The notes under the pieces: model-generated | The model's database searches: none | What the model was told of the DNA's origin: nothing | The model's input: only the letters and a program-made list of their open reading frames with translations | Translations under genes and position numbers: made by a program | Shown: positions 45,271 to 54,958 of the stretch, piece after piece | Layout: each line of letters starts with the position of its first letter | Numbering within the stretch: position 1 is the first letter of the stretch | NCBI GenBank assembly: GCA_035402805.1 | Contig: DAONDY010000002.1 | Location: forward strand, 49,801 to 113,800 | Source of the DNA: Candidatus Woesebacteria bacterium | GTDB lineage: Bacteria; Patescibacteriota; Microgenomatia; UBA12405 | Direction of reading: 5' to 3' | Length of the DNA: 64,000 bases

Positions 45271-46052
45271 GTTCTATGAATCTATTCATTGCACCATTTG
45301 TTAACGCCCTTTTTGGGGTTTATTACTTAGTAGGAAATTTTGGTTTAGCCATTGTTTTGGTAACCATTTTAATCAGGCTAGTTTTATTACCATTAATTTT
45401 GCCAAGTTTAAAATCAGCCCAAAAAATCAGGGATTTACAGCCTAAATTAAATAAACTAAAAGAAAAATATGGAAATGACAAGAAAGCCTTGGCGACAGCT
45501 CAAATGGAACTCTATAAAGTGGAAGGAATTAATCCAATGTCAGGGTGTTTACCTCAAATATTACAGATAGTGGTTTTACTTTTATTCTTTTCGGCTTTCA
45601 ATATGGTAACTAATTTTTCGAGTGGAAAAGGAAGTTTGGATCAAGTTAACACTCAATTAATTCAATCTTTTAAGATTGACCAAAATTTTAAATTTGATTT
45701 AAGTTTTTTGGGATCTGATTTGCTGCAAACTCCGGCAAAAATATTTACACAGGGGTTTGGCATTGGTTGGATAATTCCCTTTATCTTATTAATAGGTTCA
45801 GGAGCTTTACAATTTTGGAGTGCTAAATTGATGATGCCGGCTCCAGCGGTTGATAAGTCAATCGTTAAAGCAACTAAAGATAAAGAAGATGACATGATGT
45901 CGGCAATGAGAACTCAATCAACTTATTTCATGCCTTTGATGACAATTTTTATTGGATGGAATTTTTCACTAGGGTTACTTTTGTATTGGTTTACCACCTC
46001 GGCCTTGATGATAGTTCAGCAATTGGTGGTTAATAGAATGAATAAGAAATAA
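45267..46052 (+). CDS. yidC: Membrane protein insertase YidC (short form)
   Basis: Five TM helices; conserved position in the rnpA-yidD-yidC cluster. Confidence 0.8.
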   Translation: MSSMNLFIAPFVNALFGVYYLVGNFGLAIVLVTILIRLVLLPLILPSLKSAQKIRDLQPKLNKLKEKYGNDKKALATAQMELYKVEGINPMSGCLPQILQIVVLLLFFSAFNMVTNFSSGKGSLDQVNTQLIQSFKIDQNFKFDLSFLGSDLLQTPAKIFTQGFGIGWIIPFILLIGSGALQFWSAKLMMPAPAVDKSIVKATKDKEDDMMSAMRTQSTYFMPLMTIFIGWNFSLGLLLYWFTTSALMIVQQLVVNRMNKK

Positions 46053-46074
46053 AAGCCGTGTTAAAATAGCCACT

Positions 46075-46542
46075 ATGAATAATAAAAAAAGAAATGAAAC
46101 AATCTTAAAACTCACCTGTGAATTATTGGAAAAAATGAATTTTGAAGTGGAAAAAGCTTTTGTGGAAGATATGGATGGAGAAGAAAACCAAGTGATGGTG
46201 GGAATTACGGTTAATAATCCAGCTGGTTTAATTGGTTTTAGAGGTCGAAATTTGGCTTCAATTCAATTTGTTTTATCTTTAATTATTAGATCTCAAGTTG
46301 GAGAAGGAATCAGAGTTCTTTTGGATGTAAATAATTATCGAAGCGAACAAAAAGTTAGACTGGAAGGAATGGTAAAAAATTTAGCAGAAAAAGTTTTAGC
46401 AACTGGAAAAGAAGTATCTATGGCTAATATGAGTTCATATGAAAGAAGAATTTGTCATATGGTTTTAGCAGAGATGGAAGGAGTGATAAGTGAGTCTGAG
46501 GGTGAAGGCGAAGAAAGGCATATAGTGATAAAAAAGTGCTAA
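46075..46542 (+). CDS. jag: Jag-like KH/R3H RNA-binding protein
   Basis: Position after yidC; R3H-like C-terminus (YERRICHMVLAEMEGV). Confidence 0.65.
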   Translation: MNNKKRNETILKLTCELLEKMNFEVEKAFVEDMDGEENQVMVGITVNNPAGLIGFRGRNLASIQFVLSLIIRSQVGEGIRVLLDVNNYRSEQKVRLEGMVKNLAEKVLATGKEVSMANMSSYERRICHMVLAEMEGVISESEGEGEERHIVIKKC

Positions 46543-46551
46543 GATAGGGCT

Positions 46552-47799
46552 GTGTGGCTATTTCTGTTTTTACTTTTAATTCCAACTCAATTAGGTCGAC
46601 ATTTTTGGCCTGATTGGAGTTATGTGTTGGGAATTAGGGTTGATTACCTATCCCCTACTTTATATTTATTGGATTTGGTTTGGATTGGAATATTAGTTAA
46701 AAGTTTAAAGTCGAAAGTTGGTCAAATAAAAAACTTTTTTAATTTTAAAAATTTACTAATTTTGGGATTTATAGCGATAAATATCCTAATAGCAGTAAAT
46801 CCATGGGTGGCAGTTTATAAATGGCTTAGAATAGGGCAACTATTAATCAGTTTTTGGTATTTTAGAGAAAATAAAAAAATAATAAAAGAAAAGTTAATAA
46901 AAATCATTCCTTGTTGGATTGTTTTTGAAAGCTTATTGGCGGTGGCGCAAATAGCAAAGAATGGAAGTTTAAATGGGATTTTTTATTGGCTGGGGGAAAG
47001 AAGTTTTACTTTTAGCACGATTGGAATTGCTCAGATTTCAGTTTTAGGACGGGGTTTGATTAGGGCTTATGGAACTTTTTCACATCCGAATAGTTTGGCT
47101 GGATTTTTATTAGTAAGTTTGTTGTTGTGGTATTGGATAAAACCTCTCTGTCTCGATAAATCGAGACATCTCCCCTTAAAAAAGGGAGAAGTCTTTTTAA
47201 ATATTTTTTGGTGGGCGGTGTTTTGGTTGGGGTTATTGGGAATATTAGTTTCTGGAAGTAGAACTGTTTGGGTTTTAAAGTTAGGATTAATTTTATTTTT
47301 GGTTTTAAGGAATTTGAAAAATAAGAAAAACATTATTGGTTTTATTTTATTATTTTTGGGAGTAGTGGCTTTTGTCTTAAGATTGGTAAATATGGAATAT
47401 CATGTTTCAGATTTTTTGGGAGGGTGGGATTCTGATGGAATTGAAAAAAGAATCCAATTAAATATTTCCGGGTTAAAAATGATTAAAGAATCCCCTTGGT
47501 TTGGGGTGGGTTTAGGAAATTTTTTGGTAAGATTACCTGAATTTCAAAAAAATAATGGAATTTTTTGGCTACAGCCAGTACATAATATTTTAATTTTAGC
47601 TTTGAGCCAGGTGGGAATATTGGGACTAGTAATATTAATTTATAATTTTCGATTTCTAATTTTTGAAAATAAGAAAAGAGATAATTTTGTTTTTAAAATA
47701 ATTTTGGGAATAGTGATAATAACAGGAATGATGGATCATTATTGGCTGACGTTACCCCAAAATTGGTGGCTATTAACTTTGGTTTTGGGAATGATTTAA
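46552..47799 (+). CDS. O-antigen ligase-like (Wzy_C) membrane protein with an in-frame family A insert
   Basis: Polytopic, with a Wzy_C-like loop (GSRTVWV...). The repeat at 47141-47193 encodes KPLCLDKSRHLPLKKGEV. Confidence 0.6.
   Translation: MWLFLFLLLIPTQLGRHFWPDWSYVLGIRVDYLSPTLYLLDLVWIGILVKSLKSKVGQIKNFFNFKNLLILGFIAINILIAVNPWVAVYKWLRIGQLLISFWYFRENKKIIKEKLIKIIPCWIVFESLLAVAQIAKNGSLNGIFYWLGERSFTFSTIGIAQISVLGRGLIRAYGTFSHPNSLAGFLLVSLLLWYWIKPLCLDKSRHLPLKKGEVFLNIFWWAVFWLGLLGILVSGSRTVWVLKLGLILFLVLRNLKNKKNIIGFILLFLGVVAFVLRLVNMEYHVSDFLGGWDSDGIEKRIQLNISGLKMIKESPWFGVGLGNFLVRLPEFQKNNGIFWLQPVHNILILALSQVGILGLVILIYNFRFLIFENKKRDNFVFKIILGIVIITGMMDHYWLTLPQNWWLLTLVLGMI
47141..47193 (+). repeat. Family A repeat copy A11 (inside the CDS, in frame)
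   Basis: aacctctctgtctcgataaatcgagacatctccccttaaaaaagggagaagtc. Confidence 0.85.
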
Positions 47800-47847
47800 T
47801 CCTCTCTCCGGATAAACCGGTATCTCCCCTTAACAAAGGGAGAAGTC
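47798..47847 (+). repeat. Family A repeat copy A12 (overlaps the stop codon of the ligase gene)
   Basis: aatcctctctccggataaaccggtatctccccttaacaaagggagaagtc. Confidence 0.85.
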
Positions 47848-47878
47848 TTTATTTTGTTATTTTAAGTTAAAATAAATT

Positions 47879-49096
47879 ATGTTGAAAAAGACGCTTTTGA
47901 ATACTTGGGTGCAAATTGTGGCAAAAGCAATTACGATTTTAATAAGTTTAGTAACAACTGGTTTATTAACCAGAAAATTGGGTGCTAATGTTTATGGTAG
48001 TTATACTTTGGTGGTTTCAGTTTTTTTGCTTTTGGATTCAATTTCTGATTTTGGAACCAAAGTAATAGGAGTAAAAGAAGCGGCAAACAAAGAAGGAGAA
48101 GAAAGAAATAGGTTGTTTATGCAAGTGGCTTGGACAAGGTTGTTGACTACCCTACTAGCTTTTATTTTAGGGTTGATTTTGATCTTTGGCTGGAAAGGAT
48201 TTGGTGAAATTAAAGGAGAGGCCTTGGTGGCCTTGATAATGATTTGGTTTACTTCAGTTGCAGGAAGTTTGGAGATAATTTTTCAAACCGAGCTGAGGAT
48301 GGAACTCAAAGTTATAATGGATATTATTTTCCCTTTGATATTTTTAATAATTCTTTTGTTTTGGAATAGTCCAATTACTTTAATGTGGGTATTTGGGGTA
48401 TATTTATTAGCAAGAATTTTGAGCTTAAGTATTGGCTGGAGACTTTTAAAACGGGTTTTAAAATCATTTAAATTGCAATTTTTTAATAAAAAATTTGTAC
48501 TTTCTTTTTTGAAAGAATCATGGCCAATGGGAGTATATCTGTTGGTTTTTACCGGTTATGATAGAGCAATTGATTCATTGATGATTGATAGATTTATTGG
48601 AATTAAAGAGGTGGCTTTTTATGGTTTGGCTTATAAAATTTATTCTAATTTAGTCCAACCTGCTTACTATTTTGTTAATAGTATTTTTCCAATTTTATCG
48701 GGCAAATCGCAAAATAAAAAAAGTATATTTAAATGGTCAATAGTGATCTTGTTAGGGGTTTTGATGATGGGTATTCCAATTGCCTATTTATTGGCACCAT
48801 TGGCGATAAAAGTATTAGCTGGAAGTGGTTTTGATTCTTCAGTAAAGATATTAAGAATATTACTGATTCCCCTGTTTTTTTCTTATTTTAGCCACTTGAT
48901 TGGCTTTACTTTAATAGCTAAAGGTGGACAAAAACAAGTATTAGTGTTGGGATTGATAACTTTAGTTTTTAATTTTGTCGGCAACTTAATAATGATTCCG
49001 AGATTTGGAATTGTTGGGGCAGCTTGGATAACTGGAGCTAGTGAAGCTTTGGCTTGCGGATTGATGGTTTTGGCCTTGAAAAGAAAAGTAAATTAA
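47879..49096 (+). CDS. Polysaccharide flippase (Wzx/MOP family)
   Basis: 405 aa with about 12 TM helices; N-terminus VQIVAKAITILISLVTTGLLTRKLG is typical of Wzx. Confidence 0.7.
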   Translation: MLKKTLLNTWVQIVAKAITILISLVTTGLLTRKLGANVYGSYTLVVSVFLLLDSISDFGTKVIGVKEAANKEGEERNRLFMQVAWTRLLTTLLAFILGLILIFGWKGFGEIKGEALVALIMIWFTSVAGSLEIIFQTELRMELKVIMDIIFPLIFLIILLFWNSPITLMWVFGVYLLARILSLSIGWRLLKRVLKSFKLQFFNKKFVLSFLKESWPMGVYLLVFTGYDRAIDSLMIDRFIGIKEVAFYGLAYKIYSNLVQPAYYFVNSIFPILSGKSQNKKSIFKWSIVILLGVLMMGIPIAYLLAPLAIKVLAGSGFDSSVKILRILLIPLFFSYFSHLIGFTLIAKGGQKQVLVLGLITLVFNFVGNLIMIPRFGIVGAAWITGASEALACGLMVLALKRKVN

Positions 49097-49119
49097 ATTT
49101 ATTTTTTAAATTTTCCTCA

Positions 49120-49183
49120 CAAATTTTTTACGTCTGGTGAATGTGCGGCGCACGTTCAAGGCCGTAAAAAATTGCGATTTCAA
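49120..49183 (+). repeat. Family C hairpin repeat copy C1
   Basis: aattttttacgtctggtgaatgtgcggcgcacgttcaaggccgtaaaaaattgcgattt; core stem-loop gaatgtgcg-g-cgcacgttc. Confidence 0.7.
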
Positions 49184-49498
49184 CTTTAAAAAATATATAT
49201 TTGATATATTCCCCTGTTTAAAATTATTACAGATTTTGTATCTATATTTTGGCCACTGGAATCAGATTCTGACGAATTTTAACTTAATGATTAGCTTCGG
49301 AACAATTACTTTTTGTAAGTAAAACCAACCTTTTTATTTAATAAATAATGACAAAAACGATCACTCAAGTTATGACGTTTTTTCACGTTCTAGGGGAGGT
49401 AAACTTTAGCGTCTGAACCTTTTTAAGAGGAAATAACCGCATAATAACCGAAAGATAACCGCAAGAAATTTTTGGGAAGATTTAAGTTAAAATAAACT

Positions 49499-52450
49499 AT
49501 GAATTCTGCACTGCCCTTCGCTTTAATTATTGGAATAGAACATTTTGCGGCCAAAAAATTGGCCGAAGAGTTGTCGGAGAAAGATATAAATGTGGTGGGA
49601 GTGGGGGATTATGTAGCCGGATTAAGCGAAATCAAAAATTTTGAATGGCTAATGGATTTGTCTGAAGTTAACGGTAAATTTAACTATGTTTTTGATTTTA
49701 AAGGAGACGAAGAACTTTGGGAAACAGAACAGTTTAAGGGAGAAAAAATCACTCTAATCTGCATTAATGATAAAGAAAAAGCAAAACAAATTGGAAATGA
49801 TCTGGATAACTTAAATTTAAATTGGAGAATGGTGGAAGCGAATGGGGTTTATGGCCCAGGGATGGGAGAAAATAATTTTTTGGCTGAAGCGATAAAACAG
49901 GCAGTGGTTAATAAGAATTTAGTATTGCCTGATTTAAAAAGTAAATTTAGAATTTTGGCGATAGATGATTTAGTCGAGGCAATTTTGAGGGCGAGTTTTT
50001 TATCGGGAACAGAAAAAGAAAAATTTTTAATAATGGGTGATAGAATAAACAGCGAAGAAGTGGCTAAAGTATTGATAGATGAGGCAAAAATGACCAGATA
50101 TAAGGTGCTTCAGGAGGAAATTGAAACCGAGGAAATTGATGAGGAAAGATTAAAAGAAAGTAATCGAAAATTGAGATGGGAGCCAAAAATTGATTTTAAA
50201 AATGGAATAAAAGAAACTTTACAATATTTTTTTTCAAAAGCTGATGAGGAAAACAGAAAGAAGAAGCCAGAAAAAAAAGAAGTTACAAAAAAAATGGAAG
50301 TTATTGAACCTGAACCGATTAAGAAAGAGCCAAAAAAAAGAGAAATGGAAGTAGTCGTGGAAGAGGAAATACCTAAAGAAAAAATTAAAAATGAAGATGT
50401 TTTGGAAGAAATAGAGAGTTTTTATAAACAAAAAAAGACGAGCTTGGAAGTGAAGGAGGTTGAAAAAGAGCAAAAAGAAGACAAAATCGAAATAGTAGAT
50501 GAATCTTTTGATGAGGAAATTAATCTGCCAATAGTTTCGCAGCCTATTCAGATAGAAGAAAAAAAAGAAGAAATAAAATTGGAAGAGAAAAAGAAGCCAG
50601 TTAAAAAAAATAGGTTTAAATGGAAATTACCTTTGTTATTTTTGGCGATTTTTATGCTTTTAGTAGTGCCGATAAATTGGACGATATCAACGATTTTGGC
50701 AGCAAATAATATAAAGCAAAATTTAACCTTAATTGAGGCAAAAAAATATAAACAAGTAGAAGAATTGTCGAATAAAAACTTGTCGAGAATCAAAAAGATT
50801 GATCAACAAATAGATGATTGGGGATTGAATAAATTAAAAATAATTAGAAATTATCAGACTTTATTAAAAATTGGAGAGGATGTATTTAAATTGGAAAAAG
50901 ATTCAATTGCAATGAGTCAAAGTGCTGATTTAATTAGCCAGGCAATTTTTAAGGAAAGAAAAATTAATTTTATTGACGAGTTGGATAAAGAAGAAGAATT
51001 GTTAATAAATTTTGAAAATGAATTAGGTTTGATTTTAGCAAGATTAAATGGCGATTATGGTTGGTTACCAGCAAAGTGGAGGTTAAGTTTACAAAAACAG
51101 GCCCAAGAGATGAAGGAAATAAAAGAAAAAATGGGATTAATATCAAAGGCAATTAAAATATTGCCGGAGATGTTGGGGTTAGATGGAAAAAAGAGGGAAT
51201 ATATGGTGTTGTTTCAAAATGAATCAGAATTGAGAGCCACCGGAGGATTTATTGGAAGTTATGGAATATTAAGTTTTCAAGGAGGGCAACTTTTAAATTT
51301 TGATATAAAAGATGTTTACGAAGCTGATGGCCAAATGAAGGGACATGTGGAGCCGCCAATAGAAATAAAAACTTATCTAAATGAAGCCAATTGGTTTATG
51401 AGGGATGCAAATTGGAGTCCAAACTTTACTAGGGCTTCGGCAGATATTCAGTGGTTTTTAGATAAAGAAATTAATCGAAAGGTCGATGGAGTTTTTGGGG
51501 TTAATTTGGCCGTAGCAAAAGCAATTGTGTCGGTGATGGGAGAGGTGGAAGTGCCTAGCTTTAATGAAAAAATTACCAAAGACAATTTATATGAACAGGC
51601 GGAATATTATTCGGAAAATAAGTTTTTTCCTGGGTCAACTCAGAAGGCTAGCTTTTTAGGGGCTTTAGGAAAACAAATTTTTGAAAATATAAAAGAGTTA
51701 AAGGTGAAACAGCAATTAAATTTAATAACGACCTTGGTTGAATTATTAGAAAAAAATGAAATCCAATTAGCTTTTAATAATAAAGAAGTGGCAGTAATAG
51801 TAGCTAATTTAGGTTGGAATGGAGCCATTTATAACGGAAAATGTTCGGAAGAGAATTGCTTTTCAGATTATTTATTTATAGTCGATTCTAATTTGGGAGT
51901 AAATAAGTCCAATTATTTTTTGTATAGAAATGTGGAACAAATGGTTGATATTAGCGCAAATTCGGTAGGAAGAATTTTAAAAATTAATTATGAAAATACA
52001 GCTAAAAATAATAATTTTCCGGGCGGAGATTATAAAAACTATTTAAGGGTCTATTTACCAATAAATGTTAACTTGTCTCAAATCAGCCTTATTGACAGCA
52101 ATAATGCTAGTTTGAAAAAAGTTTACACTAATGATGAAATTAGAATTAAAGAAGTGGATGGGAAGAAAGAAGTTGGGTTTTTGGTAACAGTGCCAGTAAA
52201 CAGTAAAAAAATAGTGGAAATTAGGTATTCAAGTGAAAATAATTTAAGCGATAAAAATAAATTTTCTTACCTAAATTATATTCAGAAACAATCTGGTTTC
52301 GGGGATACTGGCTTGGTAACTTTAGTGTCATTTCCTAATGATTGGCAACCTTTACAAGTGGAGCCACAAGCAAGTATTGTGGGAGGTAAATTACTTTTTA
52401 ATCAGAAGTTAGATAAAGATATTAAAATGGGGTTAGAATTGGGAAAATAA
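49499..52450 (+). CDS. Large (983 aa) membrane-anchored protein with a Lys/Glu-rich central region
   Basis: A single TM near residue 380, a charged low-complexity linker, and a large C-terminal extracytoplasmic domain. Its position after the flippase suggests a polysaccharide-associated role; any family assignment is tentative. Confidence 0.45.
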   Translation: MNSALPFALIIGIEHFAAKKLAEELSEKDINVVGVGDYVAGLSEIKNFEWLMDLSEVNGKFNYVFDFKGDEELWETEQFKGEKITLICINDKEKAKQIGNDLDNLNLNWRMVEANGVYGPGMGENNFLAEAIKQAVVNKNLVLPDLKSKFRILAIDDLVEAILRASFLSGTEKEKFLIMGDRINSEEVAKVLIDEAKMTRYKVLQEEIETEEIDEERLKESNRKLRWEPKIDFKNGIKETLQYFFSKADEENRKKKPEKKEVTKKMEVIEPEPIKKEPKKREMEVVVEEEIPKEKIKNEDVLEEIESFYKQKKTSLEVKEVEKEQKEDKIEIVDESFDEEINLPIVSQPIQIEEKKEEIKLEEKKKPVKKNRFKWKLPLLFLAIFMLLVVPINWTISTILAANNIKQNLTLIEAKKYKQVEELSNKNLSRIKKIDQQIDDWGLNKLKIIRNYQTLLKIGEDVFKLEKDSIAMSQSADLISQAIFKERKINFIDELDKEEELLINFENELGLILARLNGDYGWLPAKWRLSLQKQAQEMKEIKEKMGLISKAIKILPEMLGLDGKKREYMVLFQNESELRATGGFIGSYGILSFQGGQLLNFDIKDVYEADGQMKGHVEPPIEIKTYLNEANWFMRDANWSPNFTRASADIQWFLDKEINRKVDGVFGVNLAVAKAIVSVMGEVEVPSFNEKITKDNLYEQAEYYSENKFFPGSTQKASFLGALGKQIFENIKELKVKQQLNLITTLVELLEKNEIQLAFNNKEVAVIVANLGWNGAIYNGKCSEENCFSDYLFIVDSNLGVNKSNYFLYRNVEQMVDISANSVGRILKINYENTAKNNNFPGGDYKNYLRVYLPINVNLSQISLIDSNNASLKKVYTNDEIRIKEVDGKKEVGFLVTVPVNSKKIVEIRYSSENNLSDKNKFSYLNYIQKQSGFGDTGLVTLVSFPNDWQPLQVEPQASIVGGKLLFNQKLDKDIKMGLELGK

Positions 52451-52451
52451 T

Positions 52452-52772
52452 ATGAAAAATGTAATAGAAGATTTTGTCTGTGAAGTTTGTGGAGAAAAAG
52501 TGGTCGGTAATGGAACAACTGATCATTGTCCTAATTGCTTATGGGGAAAACATGTAGACGAGGCGATTCCAGGAGACAGAGCTAGTAAATGTCGAGGATT
52601 AATGAAACCAATTGCGGCCGAATATCGAAATGAAGGCTTTAGAATTTTTTATAAATGTGAAAAATGTAATCATGAATTTTGGGTGAAAGCGGCGGAGGAT
52701 AATAGGGGAAAGAAGGATAATAGAGAAATATTAATGGAATTAACAAAGAACCCTTATTCAGTTGCGGAATAA
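52452..52772 (+). CDS. RNHCP-domain zinc-ribbon protein
   Basis: CEVCGE...TDHCPNCLWGKHVD...RNEGF...CEKCNHEF matches the RNHCP domain pattern. Confidence 0.6.
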   Translation: MKNVIEDFVCEVCGEKVVGNGTTDHCPNCLWGKHVDEAIPGDRASKCRGLMKPIAAEYRNEGFRIFYKCEKCNHEFWVKAAEDNRGKKDNREILMELTKNPYSVAE

Positions 52773-52815
52773 AAACGGTTTATTTGCGGAGAATTTCTTG
52801 GCTCGATAACATTTT

Positions 52816-52880
52816 TACCGTGTTCACGCCCTTCGGCATTGCACCTCGGATGTTGCGCGCGGAAAAATATTATCTTCGCC
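52816..52880 (+). repeat. Family B repeat copy B2 (intergenic)
   Basis: ccgtgttcacgcccttcggcattgcacctcggatgttgcgcgcggaaaaatattatcttcgcc. Confidence 0.8.
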
Positions 52881-52936
52881 CTGATTTTGTTTTAAATTAG
52901 CTTAGAGGGAGAACTAATTGATGTTATAATATCAAG

Positions 52937-54868
52937 ATGAAAATTTTTGAAGAAATAAAGAAAAAAATAGGGTTAGATAAAAACAAAACAGAAAAGAAAA
53001 AAGCTGAGAAAAAAAATACCATACCTAAGGAATTGTTGGATAATTTGCCGCCAGGGGTGAAGATTAAAAGAATTGAAATTGGGCCAAAACAAATTGTAAA
53101 ACTAGTGATTTATTTAATATTGGGTTATTGGATTTTATCGACCTTAGTTTCGGTTTTATTGCCAGAAACTGTGTCTTCGGTACCAATTTCTGATGTGATT
53201 ACAGCCGTTAAAAAAGATGAAGTGGAAAAAATTGTGGTGGCAGATAACCAGATAATAGCGACTTTAAAAAGTGAGGATAAAACGATGGTGGCTTCCAAAG
53301 AAACAGCGATCTCCATGACAGAAATTTTACAAAAAGAAGGGGTTGATTTAGAAAAAGTAGATTTGCAAATTGAAAATAGAACTGGTTGGAAAATGTTGGG
53401 TGAAATTTTAACCTTATTTTTATCCTTTGGGTTACCAATTCTTTTTATTTTATGGATTTTTAAAAAACAAAGCGGGGGAGCCGGTGGCGGAGTTTTTGGT
53501 TTTGGAAAATCAACAGCTAAACTTTTTATCAAGGGAAAACAAAGTTTGACTTTTAAAGATGTAGCTGGGGTTGAAGAGGCAAAAAATGATTTAGTGGAAG
53601 TGGTTGATTTTTTAAAACATCCAGAAAAATATCATAAAATGGGAGCAAGAGCCCCCAAGGGAGTGCTTTTGGTAGGTCCAAGTGGGGTTGGTAAAACTTT
53701 GTTAGCAAAAGCAGTGGCAGGCGAGGCTGGGGTGCCATTTTATTCAATGGCCGGATCGGAATTTATGGAAATGTTGGTGGGAGTGGGAGCTAGTCGTGTT
53801 CGAGATTTGTTTGGAACAGCTAAAAAGGCTGGTAAAGCAATTATTTTTATTGATGAAATTGATGCCATAGGTCGAGTTAGAGGAGGAATGGATGGTGGTC
53901 ATGGAGAAAGAGAGCAAACATTAAACCAAATTTTAGTGGAAATGGATGGATTTGAAGCAAATACGGCGGTGGTGGTGTTAGCGGCAACTAATAGGGGAGA
54001 TTTATTGGATCCAGCCTTATTACGACCTGGTCGATTTGATAGAAGGGTAGTGTTGGAATTGCCAGATTTAGAGGCCAGAAAAGAAATTTTAAAAATCCAT
54101 GCTCGAGGAAAACCGTTTGATGAAGATGTAAATTGGGATTTGGTAGCAAAATCAACAGTAGGATTTTCTGGAGCAGAATTGGAAAATATGTTAAATGAGG
54201 CAGCAATTGGGGCGGCTAGATTTAATAAAACAAAAATTAGCAGAAAAGATATTGATGATGCCAGTTTAAAAGTGAAATTAGGAGCAGAAAAAAAGAGGAG
54301 TCAAAGTGATGAGGATAAATTAATGACAGCTTATCATGAAGCTGGACATGCAATTGTCAACTATGTAGAAGAACTAGATCCGGTTTCGAAAATTTCGATA
54401 ATTTCCCGAGGAATGGCATTAGGATTTACCTTAGTTCCACCACAAAAGGATGAAATTCATCATACAAAAAGTAAATTAATAAAGAAAATGGCGATGGCGA
54501 TGGGAGGAAGAGCGGCCGAAGAAATAATCTTTAAAGATATTACAACGGGAGCGTCTTCAGATATTTCTCATGCAACTAACATTGCTAGAAATATGGTGGT
54601 GGAATGGGGAATGAGTGATTTAGGACCAGTTAACTTGGGTCCACAAATTGACATGGATGATTTTGGTAAAGCTTATATGGAACCATCAAAAATTTCTGAC
54701 AGCATGCAAGGAAAAGTTGATGAAAAAATTAAAGACTTTGTAGAGACTGCCTATTCTGAGGCTAAAAAAGTTTTAACTAAAAATAAAATTAAATTAGACA
54801 AAGTGGCCAAGGCGTTGGCAGAAAAAGAAAGTTTAGATCAGGAAGAGTTTGAAGAATTAATGAAATAA
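52937..54868 (+). CDS. ftsH: ATP-dependent zinc metalloprotease FtsH
   Basis: Two N-terminal TM helices; AAA Walker A GPSGVGKT; Walker [10 protein letters not shown]; SRH; HEAGHAIV zinc motif. Confidence 0.9.
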   Translation: MKIFEEIKKKIGLDKNKTEKKKAEKKNTIPKELLDNLPPGVKIKRIEIGPKQIVKLVIYLILGYWILSTLVSVLLPETVSSVPISDVITAVKKDEVEKIVVADNQIIATLKSEDKTMVASKETAISMTEILQKEGVDLEKVDLQIENRTGWKMLGEILTLFLSFGLPILFILWIFKKQSGGAGGGVFGFGKSTAKLFIKGKQSLTFKDVAGVEEAKNDLVEVVDFLKHPEKYHKMGARAPKGVLLVGPSGVGKTLLAKAVAGEAGVPFYSMAGSEFMEMLVGVGASRVRDLFGTAKKAGKAIIFIDEIDAIGRVRGGMDGGHGEREQTLNQILVEMDGFEANTAVVVLAATNRGDLLDPALLRPGRFDRRVVLELPDLEARKEILKIHARGKPFDEDVNWDLVAKSTVGFSGAELENMLNEAAIGAARFNKTKISRKDIDDASLKVKLGAEKKRSQSDEDKLMTAYHEAGHAIVNYVEELDPVSKISIISRGMALGFTLVPPQKDEIHHTKSKLIKKMAMAMGGRAAEEIIFKDITTGASSDISHATNIARNMVVEWGMSDLGPVNLGPQIDMDDFGKAYMEPSKISDSMQGKVDEKIKDFVETAYSEAKKVLTKNKIKLDKVAKALAEKESLDQEEFEELMK

Positions 54869-54891
54869 AGTCTTAAAAAAACTCTCGCTAT

Positions 54892-54958
54892 GAATTTTTT
54901 ATAATCGGCGAATGTGCGTCGCACGTTCGATATTACAAAAAATTATAGCTTCGATTTA
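54892..54958 (+). repeat. Family C hairpin repeat copy C2
   Basis: gaattttttataatcggcgaatgtgcgtcgcacgttcgatattacaaaaaattatagcttcgattt. Confidence 0.7.

Noticed and set aside
49120-49183. Family C hairpins as canonical Rho-independent terminators
   Set aside because: The stem is followed by an A-run, not a T-run, on the strand of the upstream genes. On the opposite strand the U-run is not adjacent to the stem. Recorded as a conserved hairpin element only.
53125-54206. Several minus-strand ORFs (135, 76, 64 and 72 aa) inside ftsH
   Set aside because: They are fully contained antisense to the strongly supported ftsH CDS and have no motifs.
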